Shown: positions 11,763 to 23,790 of the stretch, in pieces
How the letters are laid out: each line of letters starts with the position of its first letter
Numbering within the stretch: the stretch's first letter is position 1
Origin: Octopus bimaculoides
Lineage: Eukaryota
Length of the DNA stretch: 35,928 nt
Reading direction: 5' to 3'
Assembly (NCBI RefSeq): GCF_001194135.2
Contig: NC_068983.1
Location: forward strand, 164,833,020-164,868,947
Program-made: the position numbers and the translations under genes
The notes under the pieces: generated by a model
What the model was told of the DNA's origin: nothing
Seen by the model: the letters and a program-made list of their open reading frames with translations, nothing else
The model's database searches: none

Positions 11763-14109
11763 NNNNNNNNNNNNNNNNNNNNNNNNNNNNNNNNNNNNNN
11801 NNNNNNNNNNNNNNNNNNNNNNNNNNNNNNNNNNNNNNNNNNNNNNNNNNNNNNNNNNNNNNNNNNNNNNNNNNNNNNNNNNNNNNNNNNNNNNNNNNNN
11901 NNNNNNNNNNNNNNNNNNNNNNNNNNNNNNNNNNNNNNNNNNNNNNNNNNNNNNNNNNNNNNNNNNNNNNNNNNNNNNNNNNNNNNNNNNNNNNNNNNNN
12001 NNNNNNNNNNNNNNNNNNNNNNNNNNNNNNNNNNNNNNNNNNNNNNNNNNNATATAAATGATAGCAGAATAAAGGAGAAGAGTCATTTTTTTTATTATAA
12101 CATCATAAATTACACAGTCTTTACAGGTCTTTCACTCGCGGTACTATGCGGTAATATTTTATGTAGTCAATTGCTTAAAAACGTTGAAATGCTTGTTCTT
12201 CAACAGAAAATAGTAATCCAATCAATTATTATTTACCCATATCATTCCATTGGCAATGCTAATTTAAAGTTGCCGGATCTACATTTTGTAAACTACTCAA
12301 GTCATTTAAATGCATATAAATCGCTGGAGAAATAGTGCTTAAAACTCGACTAGAATTTGGATATAAAACGAGTTACAAGGGTTTCTAAGCATTGATTAAC
12401 TATAATGTTATCTCATACGAAATGACAATTCTTCAATATATATAAAGACTTTGATAAGAATTACTCGGGAGACAAATGTTCTGTTAGTGTTTTGATTAAT
12501 TTATCAATCAATGGATCGCTTAAGCATGCAAACCACAATTTTTAACAGATTCAGCATGCCGGATCATTTGAAACGTACGTAAGCGAATAAAAGTATTGTA
12601 TTCATATAATTCCTTGTTATTTTTATTTATTTACTAATATACTCTTTGGTTGATACCCCAAAATTACTAATTGGTGATAAATTTTAAATATACAGTTTGC
12701 ACCAGTCACACAAAATTAACAGCATGTACGGGTTACTATTTTCTTCATTGGACATCTTGTTATTTTTACACGAAGTTTTTCATCTGAGTTTTTCATCTGG
12801 ATGCATTCGATGAGTGTGCAATAGAAGTATCTCACTTAAACAGTTTCAAAATTGCAAATAATTCTAGAAATATTGTCGAAAATGGGTGGAGGAATTTGAG
12901 TCCTGACATTAAAGACAATATCCTTAGTTTCATTTAAATAGTCATTGAAGAACATTCTTGTCTAAATCACATCTGTCATGACCATCACGTCCTTTTGGAA
13001 ATATCAACGTCCGTAATATAATATTTGTTTTTCTTTGTTTAATATGGTGCAGTTAGATTTTCATGAGGATTTACCTTCTAAATTTAGAAACTCACTTCTC
13101 AGATCGTGATATTGATGTTTTTCCTTAATGACAGAAAAGACCTAAAAATGTTGTGAAATGGACACAACCATTAATTGCTTGGCTCTATAACTTTATAACT
13201 TACATCGTTTACAACTATTAAACAGCAGGTGGTACCACACGCGTGGCAAATATTTCGATCCAAAGGCTATGCAGAATCATTTCAATGCCAAATTATTCTA
13301 TATTCTAATTTCTCAAACTGTTTTATTCTCCCCACCAGTCAACGATGTACTTCTAATATACTTGTCTCAATTCAATTTCTTATTAATCATCTTTCCTGGC
13401 TGTGTTTCGTTTAATCCGGGAAATACTCAATGGAAAAATAATTAATTTATCTATGAAGTAATTATTATATTCTTCCATCTCCCCACAGGAATATTTCTTG
13501 GAATTCTCGCTTTGAATTTTGTTACGAATGTTTTAAAGCTCCAAATGTTTAGTCATTTTATTCATATCAGCAAATCCTTTATTTCCTGTCTTTATTATGT
13601 TACTTTTTGAGATTTTTTTTTTATTTGATTCTTGGAAATGCCATTGTGCCAATAACAACCCATGCGCCTCTGTTATTTCACTTTTTATTATTTACTTGTT
13701 AATTGGTTAATTATTTAACCAATAAGTTGATCAGTTGTTTGGTTAATTGTTTCGTTAAGAAACCAATCAGTTCGTCTCGTCACTGACAGATCTGAAATAG
13801 GTCTGAGTTAGAGAGAGCATGGGCGTTGATAGGGTCATGAATGACGACGAAAGAAATTTGACAAACCGGAACATTAATCAAACAATCATTTGAATATTTA
13901 ACCAATTGACAAGAAGTGAAATAGAATCAGTGCGTGTTTTCATTATTTGCATAATGACTCTCCCGAGATAGAACAAAATATAATCCAACACTCCAATGCG
14001 CATCAAGAATCCTGCAAACTGAATACGAAAACTTATTTTCAATCATTCTGTAGGAAATTAATTCCAAAATTCCATTTATAGAGGAGCTGTATGACATCGA
14101 TTAATGCAG

Positions 14110-14166
14110 TATTATTATTATTATTATTATTGTTGTTGTTGTTGTTGTTGATGTCGTTGTTGTTAC

Positions 14167-14224
<58 letters not shown>

Positions 14225-14235
14225 GTTATTATTGT
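14110..14235. repeat. Compound (ATT)n/(GTT)n microsatellite
   Basis: Seen directly. Confidence 0.97.
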
Positions 14236-14769
14236 ATATACGGAAAGTAAAGCCTTCAGCTGGCATTCAAATATTTCATTTGAGGTAAATCTATTAAATT
14301 CCTATCATCTTTTTTTATAAATACAATCAACTGAATTCATCGTTGTTTCCACTTACACCAAGTGTCAAATAAATTCTGATAACAAACAAATAAAGGCATC
14401 AGCGGGTTTTCTTTAACTCTACAGCTGCTGTTAACATGTAATCAGTGATTTAATTTCTTTATGTACTTCACATTAATGGCTTTCAATAAACAGTTGGATT
14501 GACGTATCTTGTTGCCATGCTCTCGGAATGTATTACTGTTACATGTTTTGCAAGACGACCTTGTTGCCATATCAGAATATACTACAGCTCTATCTAAACA
14601 CTGTAACATGGTACTCTCTGAAACGGCGAAATCGCGCAGGTTTTAGTATCGAATGTCTCAAAAACATTCGTCTCTGCTTTTTGCATTCTTAGTTCAAATA
14701 TCACCAAATTGAACTTTTCCTTCCATCCCTTCACGGGTTTATAGATAAAATACCAGTACTGGAAGGAGT

Positions 14770-14854
<85 letters not shown>

Positions 14855-14882
14855 TTGTCTACTGTTGCCATATATATATACA

Positions 14883-14994
14883 GATGGGCTTCTTTCAGTT
14901 TCCGTCTACGAAATCCACTCTCAAGGTTTCTGGTGGGCCCGAAGCTATAGTAGAAGACACTTGTTCAAGATGTCACGCATTGAGAAGCAAACTT
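14883..14994 (-). mobile_element. SINE fragment, third family
   Basis: GGGCTTCTTTCAGTTTCCGTCTA...CTATAGTAGAAGACACTTG...GTCACGCA aligns with 10182-10310. Confidence 0.6.
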
Positions 14995-15456
14995 TTTATG
15001 ACTCATTCTTTTAGAATACCTTTTAGTTTTAATTAAGTTTAGCAATTAAGTTTATATATTATAATATAATAAAATATTAGAGGCGAGGTTATACAGAAAT
15101 TTGTAAAATTTTACAGAATGCATTTTTCTCTTTCTAATTACTTGAATTTTCTTCCCTTTTCCACTCTTTATTCCTTTCTTTCTTATTCCTTCCTTTCTTT
15201 CTTATTATTCCTTCCTTCCTCCCTTTTCTTCTCTTTAGTCCTCTATTTCTTTCTTCCGTTTTCGTTTTATTTAATTAATCGCTTCAAACGAAATACACAA
15301 AACCACAGCAAAGTCAAAATGGAATATATAGAACAGACGTGTCAGCACTGATCTCGTACTGAGTGTGCCTCGCTGCCGAGAGTCAAAGAAGAGGAAGAAG
15401 AAGAAAGAAAGTAAATGAGAATTTCTATCACCAACACCAACCGAGAAAGACTGAAA

Positions 15457-15502
15457 GAAAATCTTGCAAGAAAATCTTGCAAGAAAATCTTGCAAGAAAA
15501 TC
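15457..15502. repeat. 13-bp tandem repeat (GAAAATCTTGCAA)3.5
   Basis: Three perfect copies plus GAAAATC. Confidence 0.95.
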
Positions 15503-15613
15503 ACTTGCCACGTGCTGCTATCAACTCGTGTTGAAGCTGTATCAGTTGTTTAGGCGATGAGCACAGGAAGCCGACCATATTAGCACGTGCAGCAGGGAAG
15601 AGGAGGGGGAGGA

Positions 15614-15672
<59 letters not shown>

Positions 15673-16228
15673 NNNNNNNNNNNNNNNNNNNNNNNNNNNN
15701 NNNNNNNNNNNNNNNNNNNNNNNNNNNNNNNNNNNNNNNNNNNNNNNNNNNNNNNNNNNNNNNNNNNNNNNNNNNNNNNNNNNNNNNNNNNNNNNNNNNN
15801 NNNNNNNNNNNNNNNNNNNNNNNNNNNNNNNNNNNNNNNNNNNNNNNNNNNNNNNNNATATTTATATATAAAAACAAAAACACCATTTTGCGGTCGCGGG
15901 AGAAGGAACATCCGTAATGCGATTTCAAATCTCATTTGGGAGTTATTTCACCATATTTTTATGGTTATTATTGGAAATAAACGATAAATAAATAAGATAA
16001 AATGAAAATCTCAAATTCTCGTTTGCGATTCCCTTAATATGCTTAAGTATCAAATTATATAGGGGTTGGTTTAATCCCCAAATTTAGCAAGTGCCTTCTC
16101 TTTACTTTTCTTAATACTAGCAGTAAAAGTTTGAATATTACAACATCTTCTCCTTTAAAAGTGAAGCTGTACGTGTATCAGTGAGTCACGTTATTATGAA
16201 TTCGATGCGGCCATCGATTGCTCACTGT

Positions 16229-16259
<31 letters not shown>

Positions 16260-16284
16260 GAGGTGCGTATATAAATTGGTAAGC

Positions 16285-16355
16285 AGGTAGGTAGATAAGC
16301 AGGTAGATAGGTAGGTAGGTAGGTAGGTAGGTAGGTAGGTAGGTAGGTATGTAAG

Positions 16356-16406
<51 letters not shown>

Positions 16407-16445
16407 ACAGACAGATAGATTGATAGAGAGAGAGATAGAGAGACG

Positions 16446-16480
<35 letters not shown>
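16285..16480. repeat. Compound (AGGT)n/(AGAT)n microsatellite
   Basis: Seen directly. Confidence 0.97.
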
Positions 16481-16481
<1 letters not shown>

Positions 16482-17344
16482 CAGGTGGGGAAATATTCTG
16501 ATAGAATGAGGACAGGCTCCATATATGTTTAAATATATTTCAATCTCTTCAATCTAGTTTCACCTCTGTCTTTCACCCTCTCCTTTCTCAACACACAACT
16601 TATCCACATAGACGCACACACGAACAGAGAGGTTTGTACCCGTTAATATCAGAAAGAGAACTAGTTTCAGTCAAGTCTACAAGATATTCGTCTTGCAGCT
16701 CAATATATGTGTGAAATTACCTATTTCAGTTTTGGCATAGAGCTGCGTAAAGCTCTCAGCAGTTACCGGCCTACTTAAAATTGCAGTAGCTATAAGAAAC
16801 ATTGAAAGAACACGTTGGTACTAATGTTTCAATATAACATAGCACAAGCACTCCAATACCGTATACAGAAATTAAAAACATCGATGGCGAAAGAGACTTA
16901 GTGTGTTAGTGTTTACATACAAGAGTGGGAGGCTGGGGAGACGGCCTATTTGACTTCCAGCTGAGGTGTTTTATAATCGATATATGGGTGTTAGGTTCAG
17001 TTAAGACAATTTAATACAAGGTTAAATGTCGATATAACATGCATGCTTGCATACAATCACGCAACACCCCCCACACACACACGCACGCGCACACGCGTTT
17101 GAGTTACTTGTTCCTATGTACGTTTCACCATTGTGATTCTTTGACACTCTGCATTGGCGATTCCAAGTATAACAGGATGCAAACAAACACACACATATAT
17201 GTATGTATGTATGTATGTATGTAAGAGTGTATTCATATATACGTATACACGCACGCGCACCTTCGTTTTGGGATCACCACTACTTTATTATATCCCCTTC
17301 TTCCTAGTTCTCCTGTGTGACCCCTCTGTCCGGCATTCGCCATG

Positions 17345-17531
17345 ATAGATCGCTAGCCACTAAACCTTTTCTTTTTTCTCTCGCTCTGCTTATTTCTTTC
17401 TTACTTTCTGTGGAAGAGCGTAGGCTCGAAACGTAAAAGACATTCTCACTTCCCGAGCGTAAAACTAATCAACCTGCTTGTTCTTTACACGCCCGTCTTT
17501 GTCTTTTGTTTTTTGTTTTTGCAAATTCTCA
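17345..17531 (+). mobile_element. Short PLE-like or retrozyme-like element carrying the degenerate hammerhead, ending in (TA)n
   Basis: The GAAGAGC...GCTCGAAACGT signature is typical of Penelope-like pseudo-LTRs. The element abuts a TA run. Boundaries are approximate. Confidence 0.45.
17404..17439 (+). ncRNA. Degenerate minimal hammerhead motif (A6U) in a PLE-like terminal fragment
   Basis: CUUU-CUGUGGA-A-GAGC(GUAG)GCUC-GAAA-CG-UA^AAAG. Helix I is 4 bp, helix II is 4 bp, and helix III is the palindrome ACGU. The core differs from CUGANGA at position 6. Confidence 0.55.
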
Positions 17532-17785
17532 CTATATATATATATATANNNNNNNNNNNNNNNNNNNNNNNNNNNNNNNNNNNNNNNNNNNNNNNNNNNN
17601 NNNNNNNNNNNNNNNNNNNNNNNNNNNNNNNNNNNNNNNNNNNNNNNNNNNNNNNNNNNNNNNNNNNNNNNNNNNNNNNNNNNNNNNNNNNNNNNNNNNN
17701 NNNNNNNNNNNNNNNNNNNNNNNNNNNNNNNNNNNNNNNNNNNNNNNNNNNNNNNNNNNNNNNNNNNNNNNNNNNNNNNNNNNNN

Positions 17786-17825
<40 letters not shown>

Positions 17826-17860
17826 TAGGGGTTGAGATAGAATCGGATACTTGAAAACAT

Positions 17861-17920
17861 ATGCACCAGGTTGGATAAGAAACAGCTGTAATGCACCAAG
17901 TTGCGTAAGAAACAGTTGTA
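17861..17920. repeat. 30-bp tandem duplication
   Basis: ATGCACCAGGTTGGATAAGAAACAGCTGTA followed by ATGCACCAAGTTGCGTAAGAAACAGTTGTA. Confidence 0.9.
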
Positions 17921-18779
17921 ATGAACTGACAATTATATATATATATCCATATATAACTATAATATAAATAATATATAAATATATGCATATATACATACGT
18001 ATATGTATATACCTACATATATATGTATATATACATGCATATATGAGTACAAGACATCAAAAAAGACGTAGACAGAATGAGAAACGAGAACATAAAACAC
18101 AAAAACATAGAAAACGAACTTTTTTCGAATAACGAAAAAAAACAAAGAAATAGAGAAACGAGACATGCAACATAAAGAACATTCCCTTCGTCAGTTGTCC
18201 CCTGTTTTATCTACTTCGCGAGACACAAAAACACGAAGTGAGTGTTCCCTTTTGTGTCGCTTTATTATTTCCATCCGGCATAACGTGAGACACCGAAATG
18301 AGGAGATCATGGCAAACCATGATGGCAGGGCGGGGAGAAGAAAATGAAGAATAATAGTGCAACATCAGGGGCTTGAGGGTTTGATGAGACGTAGAAGAAA
18401 CTGGCACCATTCATCGAACACCTCCACCGCAGTCACTGGTACCGAGGCAACAACATTAACAAAAGCAAGACTACAACTTCAGAATCAAAATCAGCAACAG
18501 ACAAACCTCACAAATACAAACAACACCAAAAGCAGCTGAAAGATATTGCAACATCAGCGACAACAATTCAGACTTGCAATTACATCAACAACATAAGAAA
18601 CAACTTCAAAACACAACTAAACTCAAGCAAAAGAAAATATTCTTCATCAGCGATATAGTTGTAGATAGAAACAGTGCGATGATGAAGTTAGATGCAAAGA
18701 TAATCAATGGATAATTAGAAATCTTGCATTTCTAAATCTCTCAGAGAGAGTTATATAGTAGCAGCACGATAAAGTGGTT

Positions 18780-19164
18780 GTTTGTTGCCAACTTAATGTG
18801 GAAGTTCTAGGAATGGTAAAAATTCTACTGCTATTTAACCCCAAGAAACACCGTTTCTAGTTGTCTACGTGGCACAAGCGTTCTATGTTCTTAATTTTTG
18901 AAACAGGGGAGATAAGCACCTTCATCTAGAGACTAGTTTCAGGGTAGTTGCCCTTCATCAGTCTGAAGTAGCTTGGCCTTGCTAGCTATCGGTATTCTCT
19001 GAATGCTGGCTTTGTTGGGTGGAGGGGCTTATCTCCCCTGTTTGAAAACTTAAGGACACAGAACGCTTGTATCACGTAGCCAACGAGAAACGGTGTTTCT
19101 TGGGGTTAAATAGCAGTAGCATTCTTCCCTTTTCTGGGACTGCCACATTAAGTGGGCAACAAAC
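18780..19164. mobile_element. Long inverted repeat enclosing a hammerhead; probable Penelope-like (PLE) or retrozyme-derived non-autonomous insertion
   Basis: Arms 18780-18926 and 19018-19164 are 147 bp each, ungapped, with 20 mismatches by hand (~86%). The 91-bp spacer carries the hammerhead core. The PLE assignment is inference from the known association of PLEs with hammerheads and inverted pseudo-LTRs. Confidence 0.7.
18920..18968 (-). ncRNA. Minimal type I hammerhead ribozyme motif with intact catalytic core
   Basis: Minus strand: CUUCAGA-CUGAUGA-AGGG(CAACUA)CCCU-GAAA-CUAG-UC^UCUAGAUGAAG. Core CUGAUGA/GAAA/GUC is exact, helix II is 4 bp, helix III is the palindrome ACUAGU, and helix I is 3 bp plus a 4-nt bulge plus 4 bp. 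Confidence 0.8.
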
Positions 19165-22100
19165 CATCACAATAAATAGATAATTCAAAGACTAAAACTG
19201 CAGAAAGCCAGTGATAAGTTCATCCCTAAAATACCAATAAATAAATCCCAGTTGAAACCATCTGATGGTTCGTAGCATGCATTGTCTTAGGGCCATATTT
19301 ATTAAACAATTTTAAGCCCCATCCTATTTCTCTTATTAACACTTTTACTAACACATACCGTAGGACGGATCAAGATTGTGATTGATGCTTCAATTGACGG
19401 AACCCAGAAATATGAAATGTAAAGCTGATGCAAGCGACATGCGAACTCAGAACTCGAAGCTCTACAATGAAAGACACGATACTTTTATATCTGAACGTTA
19501 GTTTTAAACGTTCACCAAGTTAAATATAGATTTTTATTCATTTTGTTTTCACGATCATAGACAAAGTTTGTTGATTTTTAATCAATACTAAGTCACTTTC
19601 CAACAAGGTTACTACAAATGTAAAAAGTGACATTAAAACAAAGATTTTTATCTCTTAGTAATGAATTATCAGTGTTTTTATCACCGAAAACAGTTTCTTT
19701 AATATTTGGGAATGTGCGTCATATAGACTAACATCACATAATGACATAAGTAAATTAGAAAATGTCAACATCGAGGATATCTAATTGATAAATATCGTTT
19801 ATCGCTTGCTTAAATTACGACTAACTTTAACCAAGCACTTATCAAATAACGAAAATCGAACTTTCGTAATCTGTCACATTAAGAAAGCAGCTGTTCTTTA
19901 CAGATAATCAGCCCTTAATAAACTAAGACGCACAAGCACACATGCCGCACACGACAGGATATAGTTTCAAGTGATTTCAAAGAATATTTAAGTTATTATC
20001 CACTTACACAGATTAAAGTTTATTACTTTTTCCTCCTGTCGTACTGTCGACATTTCTGTCTTTATTTGCACATAAACCATAATTCTGAGAGAAACGCCAT
20101 TTATATCCGTCCAAACATGTTCTGCGGCTGCGTTGTTGAGATTGACATAACTTTCAGTTGATTTTGGATGAATTTATGTGTTTCAGGAAGCAGAGAAGGG
20201 TTTCTTATTACAACAGAGTTCTTGAAACTCTGCTGCTTTGAAAGAGTCTGACAGTCTTTGTCAAGGTCTATCTCTAATCGATACCCAAAATATATGTCCA
20301 AACAGATTCCAGATTCTACAAAACATCGAAACTGTTTATGATTTATCGATTTTCTTTGGCTACTGAATAACAAGAAGGTGATGTAGCTAAAAAGAAATCT
20401 TCAAATTTCCTTCCTGCATTTTAAATCATTCCATATTCAAATCCATATTCTAAAGTATTTTCGGTACAGTTGCATTGGACAGCAGTTAGCAGCAATGTGG
20501 AACATAATTCTCTCTCCCTGTCGAAATCTACATTGTTCAACACCTACATGAAAATCTCTTTACATTTTATAGCACTGCACTTAGATTTTACAGTACTTTC
20601 CTTTATAACATTGTACTTTTTATAGTAATAAGTCTTATAGTACCACACTGTATAGCAACAGAGGTTATTAGATGGTTTTTAGAAGTACGGGTTATGGTGT
20701 GCGCTTAATTATATCTTGGCTTCAATGAGACTACTGCCTCCCGTTTCTTTACATGACTAACTTCAGTTGCAACATAATCCGTTTTCCTTGGTCATGTCTA
20801 TCCTATTAGAGAAATGCCATCTTTTCTTTGATTACCTACAGGAACATTCGGTCTTGTTCAGTCCTTCGGATTCAGTCTTTCTGATAATATGGTGAACATC
20901 TCTTTATTTGTCGAAATAACGGAACTGGCATTATGTTGAAATTTTGTTTTTCTTATATCAATAATTAAGTATATTTTACAAAATATATCAGCATGATTAG
21001 TTTTCTTTTTTAAAAGAGATTTGATGTTTCTCACATATCGGAACTAGGGTAACACAAGTTAAACTCTAAGAAATACTGTTATACTTTTACCAAAGCTTAC
21101 CCAGCTTTGATAGAAGGCTAGATACGTACAAGGAGAGAGATATAAAGGAATACAGATGATTAAATGAAACTGTTATAGTGCTAGAATCTCCTCGAAATAA
21201 TGTCGGTAAAATAATTCCCAGACGGATTTTCAAAGTAAATCAATCATCGTAATTAAAAGATAAAACAATCTTTATGATTGAAGTATTTTTAATTATTATT
21301 TCTGTCCTGAAGTCAATTATTCAATAATCCAGCTCATAACATTAAATGTTTCTCATAAGGGTACGTCTGTCGTCCGTTATCTTACTGTAGAGAGATGGAT
21401 TTTACGATTATTTCTTCTCATATTAATTATATTCATGTGACGAAGAAAGTTAGATATGACATCATAGTTCGCTGTTCAAAATGTGTGTCTAAACGAATCA
21501 TTAAGCAGTTGTCAGAGTACACTGAACCATGGTGGCTAATTCGCTTTGATTTTAATCAACAGAGAGAGATGAGGGAGGGAGGGAGAGAAGAAGGAGGCTG
21601 CACCCTTTTTAAAGACGTAAGAACATGAGCCGACATATTAGAAAGTAAAGGTTACATACAATAATTACAGCATGGCTAATGAGGCGAAGACATGGGGGAA
21701 TGTCCTAGACAATGACTGATCCTCGTATGCACAAATGGGCGGCGCGGTGGAGCCATGAACGATCTGCAGGTGAGTCTATGTGGAAGAGTAAGAGCTAAAT
21801 GGACTTCCAATTTATAATGCCATCTCAGTAACGTACCACCATTCCATATGTTTACCTTGTCGGTAGTTCAGTATTGAAATAGTTCAGGTTGATGGCACAT
21901 AGCAGTAAGCTTATATGCAATATGTTTAGTGGTAAAAATTGTCCAAATGATTTTAAACCTAGAAGAGAAGAGAAAGTAAAAACAGCAGAGATAACAAAAA
22001 GTATCAGAAGCAACAGGTCCCTCAAAAGGAAACTATAACAATGCAGAACAAAACTACAGCAGTGGCAGCACCATAGATCCCAACTGGGAAAATGGTTAGA

Positions 22101-23204
22101 TAAAACTTTTATTGTCACCTGACTTTGAAGATGAGCGGGATCAGAACCAGCAAAAAATGACGGCCATCCATCCACAGTGATTCAAATTTACAGTTGTTTG
22201 AATGGCAACGTGAAAATAATGGAGGAACTAGAAGAAGAAAGATAAAACATAATAACTTGGACATCAGGGAAGAAATAAAATGATTTCTCCGCAAATTCCA
22301 AAGTGGCATTCATTTGTTAAGGCAATGTCCATCATCTCTACGAAATAAAACAACAAAACTCAAGAAGATAATTCCAAACGAGGTGGAGATTGAATAGACA
22401 CCACTAAATCATTTCGGCTGTCATTGAGGCCTACCTGAATATCTTAAATTCCTCAAAAAGCACAGGAACTCTTATCAAGATCAACGACGTACCCACAGAA
22501 AATGTTTGGGTGGGTATAAGTGATATGTCTTTCAGAATGTAGGATATAACAATATTGAGGGACCAGGTAAATGGAAATTGCAGATTTCGTTAATACAGTG
22601 GAATGACAAACGAACTGGTTTAGTAGAATCAATAAAAGTATTTTTAGCACCAGAAAATATTAGACAGGAAAGTAATTAAGAGTAACATTAAAGTGACTGT
22701 CAGAAAAGTCTTCGTTTTTGAAATGGCAGCGTCAAAAATGACAAACGACCATTTCTTAGTTTATCGTATTCGATGCTTTACCTTAGTAGTTTGTTGAGAA
22801 TCATAGCAGAAATGGAAATGTTTGACCAAGACTGGGTGGTCTTCCCTACCAACTTTATTGGTTCATGTCATATTTGTTCAGCCCTTTCATAACAGTCGTA
22901 TATCGAAGTTAGCGGCAAACATACTGATTGCGTCAGACAGGAAATGGTAACGCTGCTATGAAGTAAAGTAAACAAACAGACGGTATATTTCAGATCCCTG
23001 TTTCGACTTCACATAGACTTAAAGGATTTACACAATATACTCGAAAAGAGATTGGACACCGGCAGAGTATTACAATTTCGATGAAACTCTAAGGGTAAAG
23101 AAGTGCCGCCAGCCGAGACAACTTTTCAGTTCTGTTAAACAACGAAACTGCTTTGCAGCACTCGATCAGTGGCCAAGTAATGCTGATTTCTGTTGTCTTG
23201 ACGA

Positions 23205-23370
23205 ACAGACGCTGTCGTTACTTGGACGGATACAGCTTTCAAATCTTGCCGATGTCGACTTTGCCTTTCATCGCTTTGGGGATTGACAAAATAAGTACCA
23301 GTTGAGAACTGAGGTTGATGTAAAGAAGTTTCCCCCACCACGAACTTGCTGACTTTGTGCCAAAATTTGA
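23205..23370 (+). mobile_element. 5'-decayed SINE, same family as 24722-24935
   Basis: Shares GTCGACTTTGCCTTTCATC...AAATAAGTACCAGTTGAG.ACTG.GGTTGATG...AAAT with the 24722 copy. Confidence 0.7.
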
Positions 23371-23399
23371 AATAAATATTAAGAATGAAAATCATAATA

Positions 23400-23446
23400 A
23401 TAACGATAGTTATGATGACGACGACGACGACGACAACGACGACGAC

Positions 23447-23498
<52 letters not shown>
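23400..23498. repeat. (GAC)n/(GAT)n microsatellite
   Basis: Seen directly. Confidence 0.97.
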
Positions 23499-23499
<1 letters not shown>

Positions 23500-23790
23500 C
23501 ACTCCGTTGCAGTCCCAGGCAGTGGCTCTCATGGCTTCTGATCTTAATTGATTGGAAGTGTTATCATGGACGCTGTTTTGTCTTGGCATAAAGATGGACT
23601 ACAACAAATATTCTNNNNNNNNNNTGGACGCTGTTTTGTCTTGGCATAAAGATGGACTACAACAAATATTCTGCTCAATACCACAGATTTGCTTGTCGGT
23701 TGCTTGACCTTAACCAGTTGAGCATGTCCCCTAGTGACTGACGATATGTGCCTCTCCAATCATGAGCAGAGGTAGTTGGGGAGCATCATA
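23499..23790. repeat. Interspersed repeat fragment of unknown class, starting at the end of a (GAT)n tract
   Basis: Recognised only from memory of abundant octopus repeats; 24555-24670 may belong to the same family. Not verifiable inside the window. Confidence 0.35.

Noticed and set aside
16187-16237. CAGTGAG/CTCACTG plus TCGATG/CATCGA nested hairpin
   Set aside because: Short stems with a large asymmetric loop; compatible with chance.
16655-16690. ACTAGTTTCAG identical to part of the 18920 hammerhead
   Set aside because: No helix II or CUGANGA core at the required position; likely a chance match.
18625-18655. CUGAUGA followed by a 4-bp hairpin on the minus strand
   Set aside because: No GAAA after the hairpin and no helix I or III, so not a hammerhead.
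20101-20373. 90-aa minus-strand ORF
   Set aside because: No recognisable homology or supporting gene structure; length within chance expectation.
21850-22700. Purine-rich stretch suggestive of a decayed LINE ORF
   Set aside because: Every frame is interrupted and I could not identify any RT or endonuclease motif.
23567-23672. 48-bp exact duplication around a 10-N gap
   Set aside because: Typical unmerged contig overlap; assembly artefact.
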